64,000 nt of DNA from Microgenomates group bacterium (GTDB taxonomy: Bacteria; Patescibacteriota; Microgenomatia; PFEM01; JBNASD01), in contig JBNASD010000003.1 in the NCBI GenBank assembly GCA_049720225.1, positions 143 to 64,142 of the forward strand, given 5' to 3'. Positions 27,641 through 37,167 of the stretch are shown here, piece after piece. Below the pieces are notes generated by a model. The model searched no databases. It saw only the letters and a list, made by a program, of their open reading frames with translations, and had not been told where the DNA came from. Position 1 is the first letter of the stretch, and every line of letters starts with the position of its first letter. The translations under genes were made by a program, and so were the position numbers.

Positions 27641-28265
27641 AATATGTTGTAATTTGGTCTTTAATTTTTTCAAAGACACTTTGAGGAATTTTTGCTTTCG
27701 TTACTAACTCTTCAATATTCTGATAAGGACGATTAGCAATAATTGCCTTTGCCCGCGAAGGTCCTATTCCCCATAAAGACTCAAGTTGGAACTGAGAGGC
27801 GGTATTGATATTAATCTTTCCGCTAACTTGGGAAGAAACTCCTGCTACTCCCCCACTTTCCTGACTAATACTTATTCCCGGCCCACCAAATTTTCTCACT
27901 TCATCCTGGGTTGGAATATATATTTTTATACCATCTGTTAGTTTTTGTGCTAAATTGATATTTTTACTTACCCAATCGCGGTCGGCCGAGGCGGATAACC
28001 CACCTGCGCGAATAAGCAAATCATTAATTCGTGAATTTGTTGGCAATTCATAAACCCCTGGCTTCTCAACTGCTCCTTGTAAATCAACAAAAATAGTATT
28101 TTTAGATGAATTTTCTTCAGAAGAAATAATTTCTATCTTTGGTGTTTCTTGAGTTTGGATTTTTAAAAAAAGAAAACCTAAACCTAAAAAAATTACTCCC
28201 CAAAAAAGAATTATTAAAGGAATCTTAAACTTTATCAACTTCTCTTCCTCAATTTCCCAATTCAT
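27639..28265 (-). CDS. comEA: competence protein ComEA (SLBB + tandem helix-hairpin-helix DNA-binding domain)
   Basis: N-terminal TM; SLBB-like VDLQGAVEKPGVYELPTNSRINDLLIRAGG; HhH INTASQFQLESLWGIGPSRAKAIIANRP. Confidence 0.85.
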   Translation of the reverse strand: MNWEIEEEKLIKFKIPLIILFWGVIFLGLGFLFLKIQTQETPKIEIISSEENSSKNTIFVDLQGAVEKPGVYELPTNSRINDLLIRAGGLSASADRDWVSKNINLAQKLTDGIKIYIPTQDEVRKFGGPGISISQESGGVAGVSSQVSGKININTASQFQLESLWGIGPSRAKAIIANRPYQNIEELVTKAKIPQSVFEKIKDQITTY

Positions 28266-28323
28266 TAAAGTTATTTTAGCACAAATTTATGTTTGGAAAG
28301 AAAAAAAGAAGGGGGGAATAAAC

Positions 28324-28524
28324 TCACCAACATCCCGAGATGAACTCTATCAACAGCTTCAAACAGCAAAAGAAAATAAATGAAAGGGGAACTGAAATTA
28401 GCATCAGCACGACGAAAAACTGTGCGTGAGACCAGTAATCCCCTCCCATCTTTTCGATCAGTCTTTGTGTGCATAAATATGCACACAACACTGCCCCAAG
28501 AGAAATCAGAGTTGTCAACTCCAT
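28324..28524 (-). CDS. possible small two-TM membrane protein (alternative: non-coding GC-rich element)
   Basis: AGGAGG 8 nt upstream of ATG; MELTTLISLGAVLCAYLCTQRLIEKMGGDYWSHAQFFVVLMLISVPLSFIFFCCL; region is noticeably GC-richer than surroundings and contains a perfect 9-bp palindrome. Confidence 0.3.
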   Translation of the reverse strand: MELTTLISLGAVLCAYLCTQRLIEKMGGDYWSHAQFFVVLMLISVPLSFIFFCCLKLLIEFISGCW

Positions 28525-28615
28525 CTCCTCTTCCTCCTTTCTTCCCCCCTTCTTTTTTCTCAAAGAGCTAAAAGGATTCTAAGAGACGCAAAAAAATCTC
28601 TCAAATCCCGTTGTA

Positions 28616-29392
28616 TTATACTGGCATACAAACTACAACCGCATCATCGGTTTTAATTAAAGCCAAAGGTGGTCCAGAAGCTCCATCTGTAAAAATAAAA
28701 ACATAACTGCCTTTAGAAACCTTTCTAATAGCTAATTTCGGTGATTTAAACAATTCTCCCGGAGACGGTAATTGATCTTCCGGTAAAAATGTAGAATAAT
28801 TAGAAAGACTAGATAAAACAACGGTCTGTTGAATTCCGTCTTGTGGTTGATCTACCATTCCCTCAGTAGAAGTCACTTTATCCCATGAACCATCTTCTTT
28901 TATTATTACTACCGATGTGTTTCCTACATATAAAATATAAACATTATCGTCAACCATCGTCACAAACGTAAAAGTAGCCTCAGTTATTGAACCTAATTTT
29001 TTTAATCCTAAACCTTCTACATTCTGTTCTTTTTCCCAAACAGTCTTAAAAGCTAATTTTATTGCTTGATCGGGTAGAAATTTTTCTAAAAAGTAGAAAT
29101 AATAATTGAGAAATTCATTGGCAAAAACTTTAGTATTTAAAATATTTCCTTCTCTTTCTCTTCTAGAAGCAGTATCCATTACAATAACCGCTCCCCTTTC
29201 ATCAACCAAAAAATAATCCTCACCCACCCAATTGTAATCATCCTTATCGGGAGTACTATTATAAGTATAACACCCAACTTTTATTTCTCTTTTTTTGCCA
29301 ACTTTATAACTAATTACTCTATCGAAACCTAAACTCTTAAATTCAGGAGGAATTTGACTATTTCGACGAAAAGGTTCTCTTAATAATTCCAT
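28616..29392 (-). CDS. hypothetical protein
   Basis: 258 aa ORF; no confident motif. Confidence 0.45.
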   Translation of the reverse strand: MELLREPFRRNSQIPPEFKSLGFDRVISYKVGKKREIKVGCYTYNSTPDKDDYNWVGEDYFLVDERGAVIVMDTASRREREGNILNTKVFANEFLNYYFYFLEKFLPDQAIKLAFKTVWEKEQNVEGLGLKKLGSITEATFTFVTMVDDNVYILYVGNTSVVIIKEDGSWDKVTSTEGMVDQPQDGIQQTVVLSSLSNYSTFLPEDQLPSPGELFKSPKLAIRKVSKGSYVFIFTDGASGPPLALIKTDDAVVVCMPV

Positions 29393-29413
29393 TATTGTTT
29401 TAGTTTATTAAAA

Positions 29414-31960
29414 TTAGCTAACCACAAAATTAATCAATTTCCCGGGAATAAAAATTACTTTACGAATTTCCTTACCTACAAAGTATTTTACCACGCCCGG
29501 TTCATTTTTGGCTAATTTTTCTACTTCACTTTGAATTTTTGCTTTTTCGCTTTCAATTTTAATCTGTCCGCGAACTTTTCCGTTAACTTGAATAACCACC
29601 ACCACCTCTTTTTCTACTATCAAATAAGGATCATATTTTGGCCAAGGTTGTTGATGAATTGAAAATTCATTTCTTAAAATCTCTACCCAAATTTCCTCAG
29701 TTAAATAAGGGGCAAAGGGTGATAAAAGTTTTAAAAACTCACCTGCTTCTTTTTTACTCAATACCATTTTTGGTTTTTGCCAAAGATTTAAAAATTCCAT
29801 TAAGGCAGAAATAGCGGTATTATGAGCTAAACGATTGATATCTTCGGTTACCTTTTTAATTGTTTGGTGAAAGGGAGTCACTAACTCTTCACTTGTTTTA
29901 TCAGCAATTTTTTCTGTCTGCTGATAAATTCGCCAAATGCGGTTTAAAAATCGCCACACTCCCTCCAATCCTTGATAGCTCCACGGCATAGTCGCATCAT
30001 AAGGACCCATAAAACATAAATAAGTCCGTAAAGTATCGGCACCAAATTTTTCCACCACTTCATCAGGATTAACAACATTTCCCCGCGATTTACTCATTTT
30101 TTCTCCATCCTCCCCTAAAATTACTCCATGCTGACGGCGAGCTTGGTAAGGTTCTGGATAAGGAACAACACCAATATCGTATAAAAATTTATGCCAAAAA
30201 CGAGAATATAAAAGGTGTAAGGTGGTGTGCTCCCCTCCTCCTAAATAAATATCTACCGGTAACCAATATTTTAATTTTTCAAAATCAGCCGGCACTTGAT
30301 TATTTTTTGGGTCGCAATAACGCCAATAATACCAAGAAGAACCTGCCCAGTTAGGCATAGTATCGGTTTCCCGCCGCGCTGGTCCACCACAATGAGGACA
30401 GGTAGTATTTACCCAATTTTTAATATTGGCTAAAGGTGACTCCCCTGTTTCCGTTGGCTGATATTTTTCTACCGGAGGCAATTCTAGTGGTAATTCATCT
30501 TCCGGAAGAGGAAACCAACCAGCCATATTTTCAATTTTAAATTTTAAATTTAAAATTTTAAATTTTTTTCCTTCTGGAGTATCCCACCAGCTAATCCCCT
30601 TTTGGGCACATTTTTCGCAATAAACCATCGGGATTGGCTCACCCCAATAATGCTGACGGGAAAAAATCCAATCACGCAAATGATAATTAACCGCCCGTCT
30701 TCCCCACTTTTTCTCTTCTAAATAATCAATAATTTTTTTAATTGCTTCCCGCGCTGGCAATCCGTTCAAAAAATCAGAATTAAAAACCACTCCATTATCA
30801 ATTTCCTCAAAAGCCCCTCGGCTAAAATCCCACTCTCCTTTTTGCGGTTTAATCACCGGAATAATTTCCAAACCATATTTTTTGGCAAAATCAAAATCCC
30901 GTTGGTCATGAGCCGGTACCCCCACTACCATTCCTGTTCCGGCGGTTAGCACGACAAAATCCGCTACCCAAATTGGCAATTTTTTTCCTGTCAGTCGATT
31001 AATTGCATACCAACCGGTAAACACTCCTGTTTTTCCTTTCTCTAGGGCAGTCCGCTCTAATTCTGATTTCTTTTTAGATATTTTGATATATTCTTCTATC
31101 TGAGAACGATTTTCGGGGGTAATTAATTTTTCTAAAAAGGGATGTTCTGGAGCAATAACGATAAAAGTGGCCCCAAAATTAGTATCTGGCCGGGTAGTAT
31201 AACAAGAAACCATCAATTTTTCAGGATGGGGATTGCCTTTTTCGTCTACCACCGGATAATCAATAATAATTCCCTCACTCCGACCAATCCAATTAATTTG
31301 CGATTCTTTAACATAATCGGGGTAATCAACCAATTTTAAATCTTCAATTAATCGATCCGCATAGGCGGTAATTCGTAACAACCATTGAGATTGCATTCGC
31401 CGTTCTGCGTCGGTTCCGCACCGCTCACATTTTCCGGCGACAATTTCTTCATTGGCCAAAATAATTTTACAGCGGGGACACCAACCCACCGGCATTTGCG
31501 CTTTATAAGCCAAACCATGCTTAAAAAATTGAATAAATATCCATTGAGTCCAGCGATAATAATTAGGGTCGGTGGTATTAATTTCTCGCTCCCAGTTATA
31601 AGCAAAACCTAAACGCTTCATTTGGGATCGAAAACGATCGGTATTTTGTTTAGTAGCTACCGTTGGGTGAATTCCAGTTTTAATCGCGTAATTTTCGGTT
31701 GGTAACCCAAAAGCATCCCAACCCATCGGATACAAAACATTTTTTCCCTCCATTCTTTTTTGACGAGCCAAAACATCCATTATCGTCATTGTGAAAGCAT
31801 GACCAATATGAAGACCGCTTCCGGAAGGATAGGGAAACTCTACCAACGCGTAAAATTTTTTATCACGGGGAGCTTTTTCCTCAACTTCCCAAAAAAGTTT
31901 TTTTTCTTCCCAAATTTTTTGCCATTTTGGTTCAATTTCTGAAGGGTGATATGGCTTCAT
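29414..31960 (-). CDS. leuS: leucine--tRNA ligase (with lineage-specific insertions)
   Basis: HIGH motif YPSGSGLHIGHAF, KMSKS motif EKMSKSRGN, editing-domain and C4 zinc knuckle (CPRC...CERC); 848 aa. Confidence 0.9.
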   Translation of the reverse strand: MKPYHPSEIEPKWQKIWEEKKLFWEVEEKAPRDKKFYALVEFPYPSGSGLHIGHAFTMTIMDVLARQKRMEGKNVLYPMGWDAFGLPTENYAIKTGIHPTVATKQNTDRFRSQMKRLGFAYNWEREINTTDPNYYRWTQWIFIQFFKHGLAYKAQMPVGWCPRCKIILANEEIVAGKCERCGTDAERRMQSQWLLRITAYADRLIEDLKLVDYPDYVKESQINWIGRSEGIIIDYPVVDEKGNPHPEKLMVSCYTTRPDTNFGATFIVIAPEHPFLEKLITPENRSQIEEYIKISKKKSELERTALEKGKTGVFTGWYAINRLTGKKLPIWVADFVVLTAGTGMVVGVPAHDQRDFDFAKKYGLEIIPVIKPQKGEWDFSRGAFEEIDNGVVFNSDFLNGLPAREAIKKIIDYLEEKKWGRRAVNYHLRDWIFSRQHYWGEPIPMVYCEKCAQKGISWWDTPEGKKFKILNLKFKIENMAGWFPLPEDELPLELPPVEKYQPTETGESPLANIKNWVNTTCPHCGGPARRETDTMPNWAGSSWYYWRYCDPKNNQVPADFEKLKYWLPVDIYLGGGEHTTLHLLYSRFWHKFLYDIGVVPYPEPYQARRQHGVILGEDGEKMSKSRGNVVNPDEVVEKFGADTLRTYLCFMGPYDATMPWSYQGLEGVWRFLNRIWRIYQQTEKIADKTSEELVTPFHQTIKKVTEDINRLAHNTAISALMEFLNLWQKPKMVLSKKEAGEFLKLLSPFAPYLTEEIWVEILRNEFSIHQQPWPKYDPYLIVEKEVVVVIQVNGKVRGQIKIESEKAKIQSEVEKLAKNEPGVVKYFVGKEIRKVIFIPGKLINFVVS

Positions 31961-32024
31961 TTTCTCAAATTATAGCAAATTTATTTAATTTGACAAATTC
32001 TATTAATTAGACTAATTTTTAATT

Positions 32025-32771
32025 ATGGGAAAGTTTCTTCTCCACTCTCTTTTTTTATTCGTGGCGGTGTTTTTAGCTTTCTTTTGGACTAGCTCTCCTA
32101 CTTTATCTTTATACACTCTTCAACTTATTGGTCTTTTTGTTTTTCTTTTTTTTCTTAATCAATTTCTTCGTCGACAACCAAAAACCAAAACCAAAATTAA
32201 CCAACGAGCCTTATTAGCAGTAGACGGAATAATCCTTACCTTAGTAATAATGCTTTTGGTCTATTCTACCGGTGGTTTAACTTCTCCCCTGTTTTTTTTA
32301 GTTTATTTTTTAATGTTTGGCTTAGCCTTGCTTTTTGAACCATTAATTACTCTTTCTTTGGCGGGAGTAATGGTTTTGCTTTTTTTACTCACCCCCACCA
32401 AACAAGAACCCCTAAACGAATTTCTTCAACTTTTTTCTCTCCTTTTAATTACTCCATTGGCTTTATTTTTTGGCAATCAATATCTCAAACTTTTAGAAAG
32501 TGAGGAAAAAATAAAAATTTTAAAAGAAGAAAATCAAATTACCGAGGAGCAAATCGCCAAAACCGAAACCAATACTCTTTTGTGGACCACTTTGAATTTC
32601 AAAGAAGCCCTTACAGTAATTTTAGATGAGATAAGCAATTTGTTAGCGGATGTAAGTCATCTTACTGTTCGCCAAAAAGAATCGTTAGAAAAAATCCGCC
32701 GAAAGGCATTAGAACTTTTAAAAAGCGGAGAAAAGCTTAAAGAAGAGGTCGACAAAACTACCGACGAATGA
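32025..32771 (+). CDS. polytopic membrane protein with C-terminal coiled-coil; hypothetical
   Basis: About 6 hydrophobic helices then charged heptad-like tail. Confidence 0.45.
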   Translation: MGKFLLHSLFLFVAVFLAFFWTSSPTLSLYTLQLIGLFVFLFFLNQFLRRQPKTKTKINQRALLAVDGIILTLVIMLLVYSTGGLTSPLFFLVYFLMFGLALLFEPLITLSLAGVMVLLFLLTPTKQEPLNEFLQLFSLLLITPLALFFGNQYLKLLESEEKIKILKEENQITEEQIAKTETNTLLWTTLNFKEALTVILDEISNLLADVSHLTVRQKESLEKIRRKALELLKSGEKLKEEVDKTTDE

Positions 32772-33508
32772 AATATAAAAAATACCATATAAAATATTTT
32801 TCCTTCTTCATTTTTGCTATTTGCTATTTACTATTTACTATTCCCATCGGGGCCCAATCAAAAATTCGCTCAGATAATTACGAAATTACCTGGCCTAATG
32901 TTAATATGGGTGGAGGAACTCCAGGGTCAACTAACTATCAATTAGGGGTAACCACCGGTCAGACGGCTCCCGGTCTTTATTCTTCCACCGGTTATAAAGT
33001 CCGCGCGGGGTTCCAATATATTCATTCAATTATTCCCTTTTCTTTTTCTATCTCCGATATTTCTGTTGATTTTGGCACTCTCTCTCCCCAAACGCCAATT
33101 ACCCAACAAGCGACTTTAAAAGTTTCTGTAGGAGGTGCAGGTGGTTATGTAGTTAAAGTTTCTGAAAACCATCCTCTCACCTCCACGGCCGGCTCTACTA
33201 TTCCCGATACAAATTGTGACAATGGTAATTGTAGCGAAAGTCAAGCCCAAGTTTGGGCGCAAAATACTACTTATGGTTTTGGTTTTAATATGAGCGGAAC
33301 GGATATTCCTTCTGATTTTATTAATTCTTCGTATTTTCGCCAATTTGCTGACCGCTCTTTAGGAGAATCTCCTCAAACGATTATGAGCGGACCAAATGTT
33401 GGTCGAAATAAACAGGCAACTATTACTTATAAAGTCAATATTTCCCCGCTTCAATCGGCAGGAGTTTATCAAAATATTTTAACTTTTTTAGCGATACCGA
33501 CATACTAA
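32768..33508 (+). CDS. secreted surface protein, type 'A' of duplicated two-gene module (putative WxL-like/Csc partner)
   Basis: Signal peptide; paralogous to 34652..36088 (shared NCDNGNCSE/TCDNGSCTE block and C-terminal ...TIMS..GP...Y.....P.. tail); start overlaps previous stop. Confidence 0.5.
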   Translation: MKYKKYHIKYFSFFIFAICYLLFTIPIGAQSKIRSDNYEITWPNVNMGGGTPGSTNYQLGVTTGQTAPGLYSSTGYKVRAGFQYIHSIIPFSFSISDISVDFGTLSPQTPITQQATLKVSVGGAGGYVVKVSENHPLTSTAGSTIPDTNCDNGNCSESQAQVWAQNTTYGFGFNMSGTDIPSDFINSSYFRQFADRSLGESPQTIMSGPNVGRNKQATITYKVNISPLQSAGVYQNILTFLAIPTY

Positions 33509-34570
33509 ATGAAATTTAAAATTTTAAATAGCAAATTTAAGATTTACATTTTAAATTTAAAATTTTTACTAATAACTGGTTGCTTTTTGTTTCTAATTAT
33601 TATTCCGGCAAAAGCACAGGAACTTTCTTTGGGAATTTGGCCGCCCCTACTTGAGGTAATGATTCAACCGGGAAAAGGAATTACTCAGGTTTATAAAGTA
33701 ATTAACCAAAGCGAAACTGATTTGGTATTAACCAGCAAAATCGTTCCTTTTACCCCAGAAGACGAATTAGGAACGCCGAAATTAAATTTAGAAAAGCAAG
33801 TGGATTATTTAGATTGGTTTTCATTTCAAAATGCGGATTTAAAACTGGGAGAAAAATTTTTATTGCCAAAAGGAAAAGAACAACAATTAGTTTTAAAAAT
33901 TAAAATTCCTCCTCACGCCCCAGAAGGAGACTATTACCTTACTTTACTTTTAGAAACTGTCCAAATTCCGGGAATGTATCTTCCTTCTCAAAGTGGCGGC
34001 CAAATTGAGGCAAAAATTGGGGGAAATATTCTTTTGACCGTTTCCCAAACCGGTAAACCGAAAATCCAAGCAAAAATTGAAGAGTTCAAACTTAAAAATT
34101 TTCAATTTTCTGTTTTCGGCTTAAGATTTATCGATTCTTTCAATCAACCACAATTTTTAATCCGAGTTCGCAATACCGGTCAAGCCTTTTTTAAACCCCA
34201 AGGAACAATTACGGTTAATGGTTGGTTTGGTCAAAAATGGGAATTAACTTTACTTCCGGAAAATGTTTTAGTAAATTCCACTCGCCAAATTAACTGCCAA
34301 GGATTGCCTTTAAAATTAGAAGAAACAACAAAGAATGAACCTCAAAGTTATTCCCCTACCCCTTGTCAACTTTCAAATAATTTTCTTTTAGGAAAATATA
34401 CCGCTAAGTTAGAATTTAATCTTGAAGGAGAAAAAGAAAAATATCAGGCTCTTTTAATTTTTTGGGCCATCCCAATAAAACTGATTATTGGCATTGGTAT
34501 TGTTTTCTTTTTTTTGATAATATTTTTTCAAAGGGTTTTCCCTAGGTGTCAATATAAATCCACTCCTTAG
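33509..34570 (+). CDS. DUF916/DUF3324-like cell-surface protein with C-terminal TM anchor (CscA-like), type 'B'
   Basis: MKFKILNSKFKI leader + signal; LSLGIWPPLLEVMIQPGKGITQVYKVINQSETDLVLTSKIVPFTPEDELGTP resembles the DUF916 N-domain pattern; C-terminal TM IKLIIGIGIVFFFLIIFF; paralog of 36088..37107. Confidence 0.5.
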   Translation: MKFKILNSKFKIYILNLKFLLITGCFLFLIIIPAKAQELSLGIWPPLLEVMIQPGKGITQVYKVINQSETDLVLTSKIVPFTPEDELGTPKLNLEKQVDYLDWFSFQNADLKLGEKFLLPKGKEQQLVLKIKIPPHAPEGDYYLTLLLETVQIPGMYLPSQSGGQIEAKIGGNILLTVSQTGKPKIQAKIEEFKLKNFQFSVFGLRFIDSFNQPQFLIRVRNTGQAFFKPQGTITVNGWFGQKWELTLLPENVLVNSTRQINCQGLPLKLEETTKNEPQSYSPTPCQLSNNFLLGKYTAKLEFNLEGEKEKYQALLIFWAIPIKLIIGIGIVFFFLIIFFQRVFPRCQYKSTP

Positions 34571-34576
34571 GTGGGA
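34539..34576. repeat. palindromic repeat element, full copy 3 (variant core TCCACTCCTTAGGTGGGA)
   Basis: Overlaps the stop codon of 33509..34570; repeat translated as FPRCQYKSTP*. Confidence 0.65.
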
Positions 34577-34651
34577 AAAATTACCATCTTGACAAATTAA
34601 AAAAAACGTTTCAAGATAATAAATTAAGAAAATGTCATTTTAAATTTAAGA

Positions 34652-36088
34652 ATGAAGAAAAGAATTTTAATTACTTTTATTATTCTTCTTATTCTTGGAG
34701 TATTAAGTTTATTGTTTAAACCCCAAAAGCCCCAAGCTGCTTCTTTAACCAACGTCTCCGCTACCCTCTCTAATTCTCGGTTGTCTTTTTATGGAGTTTT
34801 AAATGGAGCGGTTTCGGCGGGAGCAACAGCGATTAAAATTAAAACCTCAGGAAACTATGCTGATAAAAACACCAACCATCTTTTTCCCAATGATACGGTT
34901 TCGGTAGGACCAAATGGAGGAAAAACAGTGGCTTCGATTATTGATGATGATGATTTTGTTCTCACTTCAGGATTAACGGTAGGGGCTAGCGATGGAGATC
35001 CTGTTTACGCTACTCAATCATCGCAAATGACTGTTTCTTTTACTTTAAACAGTAATATTCCTGCTAATGGTTATGTTTTACTCATTATTCCTGATCCCCC
35101 TAGCAATGGTAATGATGGAGCTCCCGATACCGCTTCTTCTACCACCGATAATGGTTTTGATTTGAATGGAATAACAGCAGCTAATATTTCTACCAGTGGT
35201 GGTACGGGTTGTACTTGGTCAACAGAAACAGTTACCCCCGGAACAGGTAATGGCCATCGCTATAAAGTAAAAACCACCAGTGAATGCACTGGAGGAACAA
35301 TTACTATTACTGTTGGTGATGGCACTGTTAATTTAGTTAATCCTGCACCAGTTTATTCTGGTCATACCCAAGGAACCGCTGATGTTTACACTGTTTCTGT
35401 TTATACCTATGCTGGTGATCCTGATGGTGGTGGGGCTTTAATTGATAGCGGTTATGCCAGGGTAGCTCCAGTTGAAGCAGTTTTAGTCTCAGCCACTGTT
35501 GAGGAAACTTTAACCTTTATTGTTAGTGGTGTCTCTGTCGGTACGACTGCTTGTGGTCAAGTAATGGACGTTACCACTTATCCTTATGCGGTTCCCTGGG
35601 GAACTTTATCTCAAGCGAATACTTTTAAAGAGGCGGCGCAAAAACTAGAAGTTTCCACTAATGCCAATAATGGTTATACCGTAGTTATCGAAGAAAACGA
35701 CCAAATGGGCTTAAACGGCAAAACTTGTACCGGGGCGAACGCCGGAGAAGCTGATGATTGTATTAAAGATACCACTTGTGATAACGGTAGTTGCACTGAA
35801 GCAACTTCGGCAGAATGGAACACGGCTACTAATAACGGTTTGGGTTATTCTTTAGCTAATATTTCGGGAACCGATGCTGTTTTTACTTATAATGAATCTG
35901 GACGAACTTTTTCAGCAAAACAAATCGCCGATCGCGAAGCCAATGAAACGCGCCGAACAATTATGAGCAATAGTGGACCGGTTAATTCCAAACAAATTTA
36001 TGTCTGTTATCGAATTTCTATTTCCGGAACTCAACCAGCAGGTTATTATTACAATAAGGTTAAATATACCGCCACACCTGTATTCTAA
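34652..36088 (+). CDS. secreted surface protein, type 'A' paralog (larger, Gly/Thr-rich beta-rich)
   Basis: Signal peptide; paralogous blocks with 32768..33508. Confidence 0.5.
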   Translation: MKKRILITFIILLILGVLSLLFKPQKPQAASLTNVSATLSNSRLSFYGVLNGAVSAGATAIKIKTSGNYADKNTNHLFPNDTVSVGPNGGKTVASIIDDDDFVLTSGLTVGASDGDPVYATQSSQMTVSFTLNSNIPANGYVLLIIPDPPSNGNDGAPDTASSTTDNGFDLNGITAANISTSGGTGCTWSTETVTPGTGNGHRYKVKTTSECTGGTITITVGDGTVNLVNPAPVYSGHTQGTADVYTVSVYTYAGDPDGGGALIDSGYARVAPVEAVLVSATVEETLTFIVSGVSVGTTACGQVMDVTTYPYAVPWGTLSQANTFKEAAQKLEVSTNANNGYTVVIEENDQMGLNGKTCTGANAGEADDCIKDTTCDNGSCTEATSAEWNTATNNGLGYSLANISGTDAVFTYNESGRTFSAKQIADREANETRRTIMSNSGPVNSKQIYVCYRISISGTQPAGYYYNKVKYTATPVF

Positions 36089-37107
36089 TGAAAGATAAAA
36101 TATTAAATAGCAAATATAAAAAATACTTTTCTTTATTAATATTTTCTATTTTCTATTTGCTATTTGCTATCCGAGCCGCAAACGCCCAAAATACTACCCA
36201 CTTAATTGTCGCTCCTTCCCGCCAAGAAATTCTGGTTGAACCAGGAGAAACTACTGCAATAAATATTAAATTTCTTAATCAGACGGATGCTCCCATTCCC
36301 GGAACAGTGGGAGCAGTTGATTTTATTGTCGAAGATAAAGAAGGAACACCTACTTTTATTGAAGGAACACCAGTAATTACCGGTTTAACTCAGATTTCTT
36401 CTCGTTTTTCCGCCGCTTCTTGGTTTGAACTTCCTTATGACCGCGCCACTATTCCCGCCAACGGCAAGGTTTTAATTCAAGCAAAAATTCGTGTGCCGGT
36501 AGATGCTCGCCCAGGTGGAAGATATGTCGCTATTTATTTCGAACCGAGTACTACCCCCTCTCCCCCCTCCGGATTGGCAAAAGAAGGAACAACGCCAGTA
36601 GCCTCCCGAATTGTTGGTTTAGTTTATCTGCGTGTCGCCGGACCAATTAAAGAAGACGCTTACGTTGTCCGTTTTGGTGGACCCAATTTCTCCCAATATG
36701 GACCAATTACCATTCTTACGGAAATTCTTAACCGCGGCGATTACCACATCACTCCTAAGGGAGTAATTAAAATTTACAATATGTTTAATCAAGAAATAGA
36801 TCGGCAAAAACTGGAAGAAAAAAATATCTTTCCCGATGCTTCAAGAGTCTATGAAAATAAGGTTGGCCAAAAATGGATGTTTGGTAAGTATAAAGCAGAA
36901 TTAAGTGCTTCTTATGGAGAAACAGGAAAAGCTTTAACCGCTACCACTTATTTCTGGGTAATTCCTTACAAAGAAATTATTGCTGGCGTTTTAGCAATTG
37001 CAATTATAATTCTTCTGGCAATTATCCTTTACCGCCGATTAATAAAACGCCAGTTGGAACTTCAGGAAAGGGTAAAGGAATTGGAAAAGAAGCTTAAGGA
37101 AAAGTAA
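36088..37107 (+). CDS. DUF916/DUF3324-like cell-surface protein with C-terminal TM anchor (CscA-like), type 'B' paralog
   Basis: MKDKILNSKYKKY leader + signal; THLIVAPSRQEILVEPGETTAINIKFLNQTDAPIPGTVGAVDFIVEDKEGTP; C-terminal TM IIAGVLAIAIIILLAIIL + coiled-coil tail. Confidence 0.5.
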   Translation: MKDKILNSKYKKYFSLLIFSIFYLLFAIRAANAQNTTHLIVAPSRQEILVEPGETTAINIKFLNQTDAPIPGTVGAVDFIVEDKEGTPTFIEGTPVITGLTQISSRFSAASWFELPYDRATIPANGKVLIQAKIRVPVDARPGGRYVAIYFEPSTTPSPPSGLAKEGTTPVASRIVGLVYLRVAGPIKEDAYVVRFGGPNFSQYGPITILTEILNRGDYHITPKGVIKIYNMFNQEIDRQKLEEKNIFPDASRVYENKVGQKWMFGKYKAELSASYGETGKALTATTYFWVIPYKEIIAGVLAIAIIILLAIILYRRLIKRQLELQERVKELEKKLKEK

Positions 37108-37110
37108 TTC

Positions 37111-37151
37111 CTCAATTTTCAATTTTCAATTTACAATTTTTAATTTTCAAC
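37111..37151. repeat. heptanucleotide tandem repeat (CAATTTT-like x5) in intergenic leader
   Basis: CTCAATTTTCAATTTTCAATTTACAATTTTTAATTTTCAAC. Confidence 0.5.
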
Positions 37152-37167
37152 TTAAAATAAATTTATA

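Noticed and set aside
28266-28615. Assigning the GC-rich island to tmRNA, SRP RNA, RNase P RNA or 6S RNA
   Set aside because: None of the diagnostic conserved motifs (tmRNA GGGG 5' end and tag ORF with CCA 3' end, SRP GGAA-GCAGCC domain IV, RNase P GGAAAGUCCGG P4) could be found on either strand.
30523-30580. LeuS insertion encoding KKFKILNLKFKI, whose nucleotide sequence (AAATTTAAAATTTTAAAT) matches the MKFKILNSKFKI leader of surface protein 33509
   Set aside because: 18-nt AT-only low-complexity identity in a very AT-rich genome; most likely coincidental, not a transposed segment.
31142-31942. Several 60-85 aa ORFs inside leuS (31142..31339, 31348..31605, 31385..31612, 31760..31942)
   Set aside because: Embedded in leuS, which shows HIGH and KMSKS motifs in the long frame; shadow ORFs.
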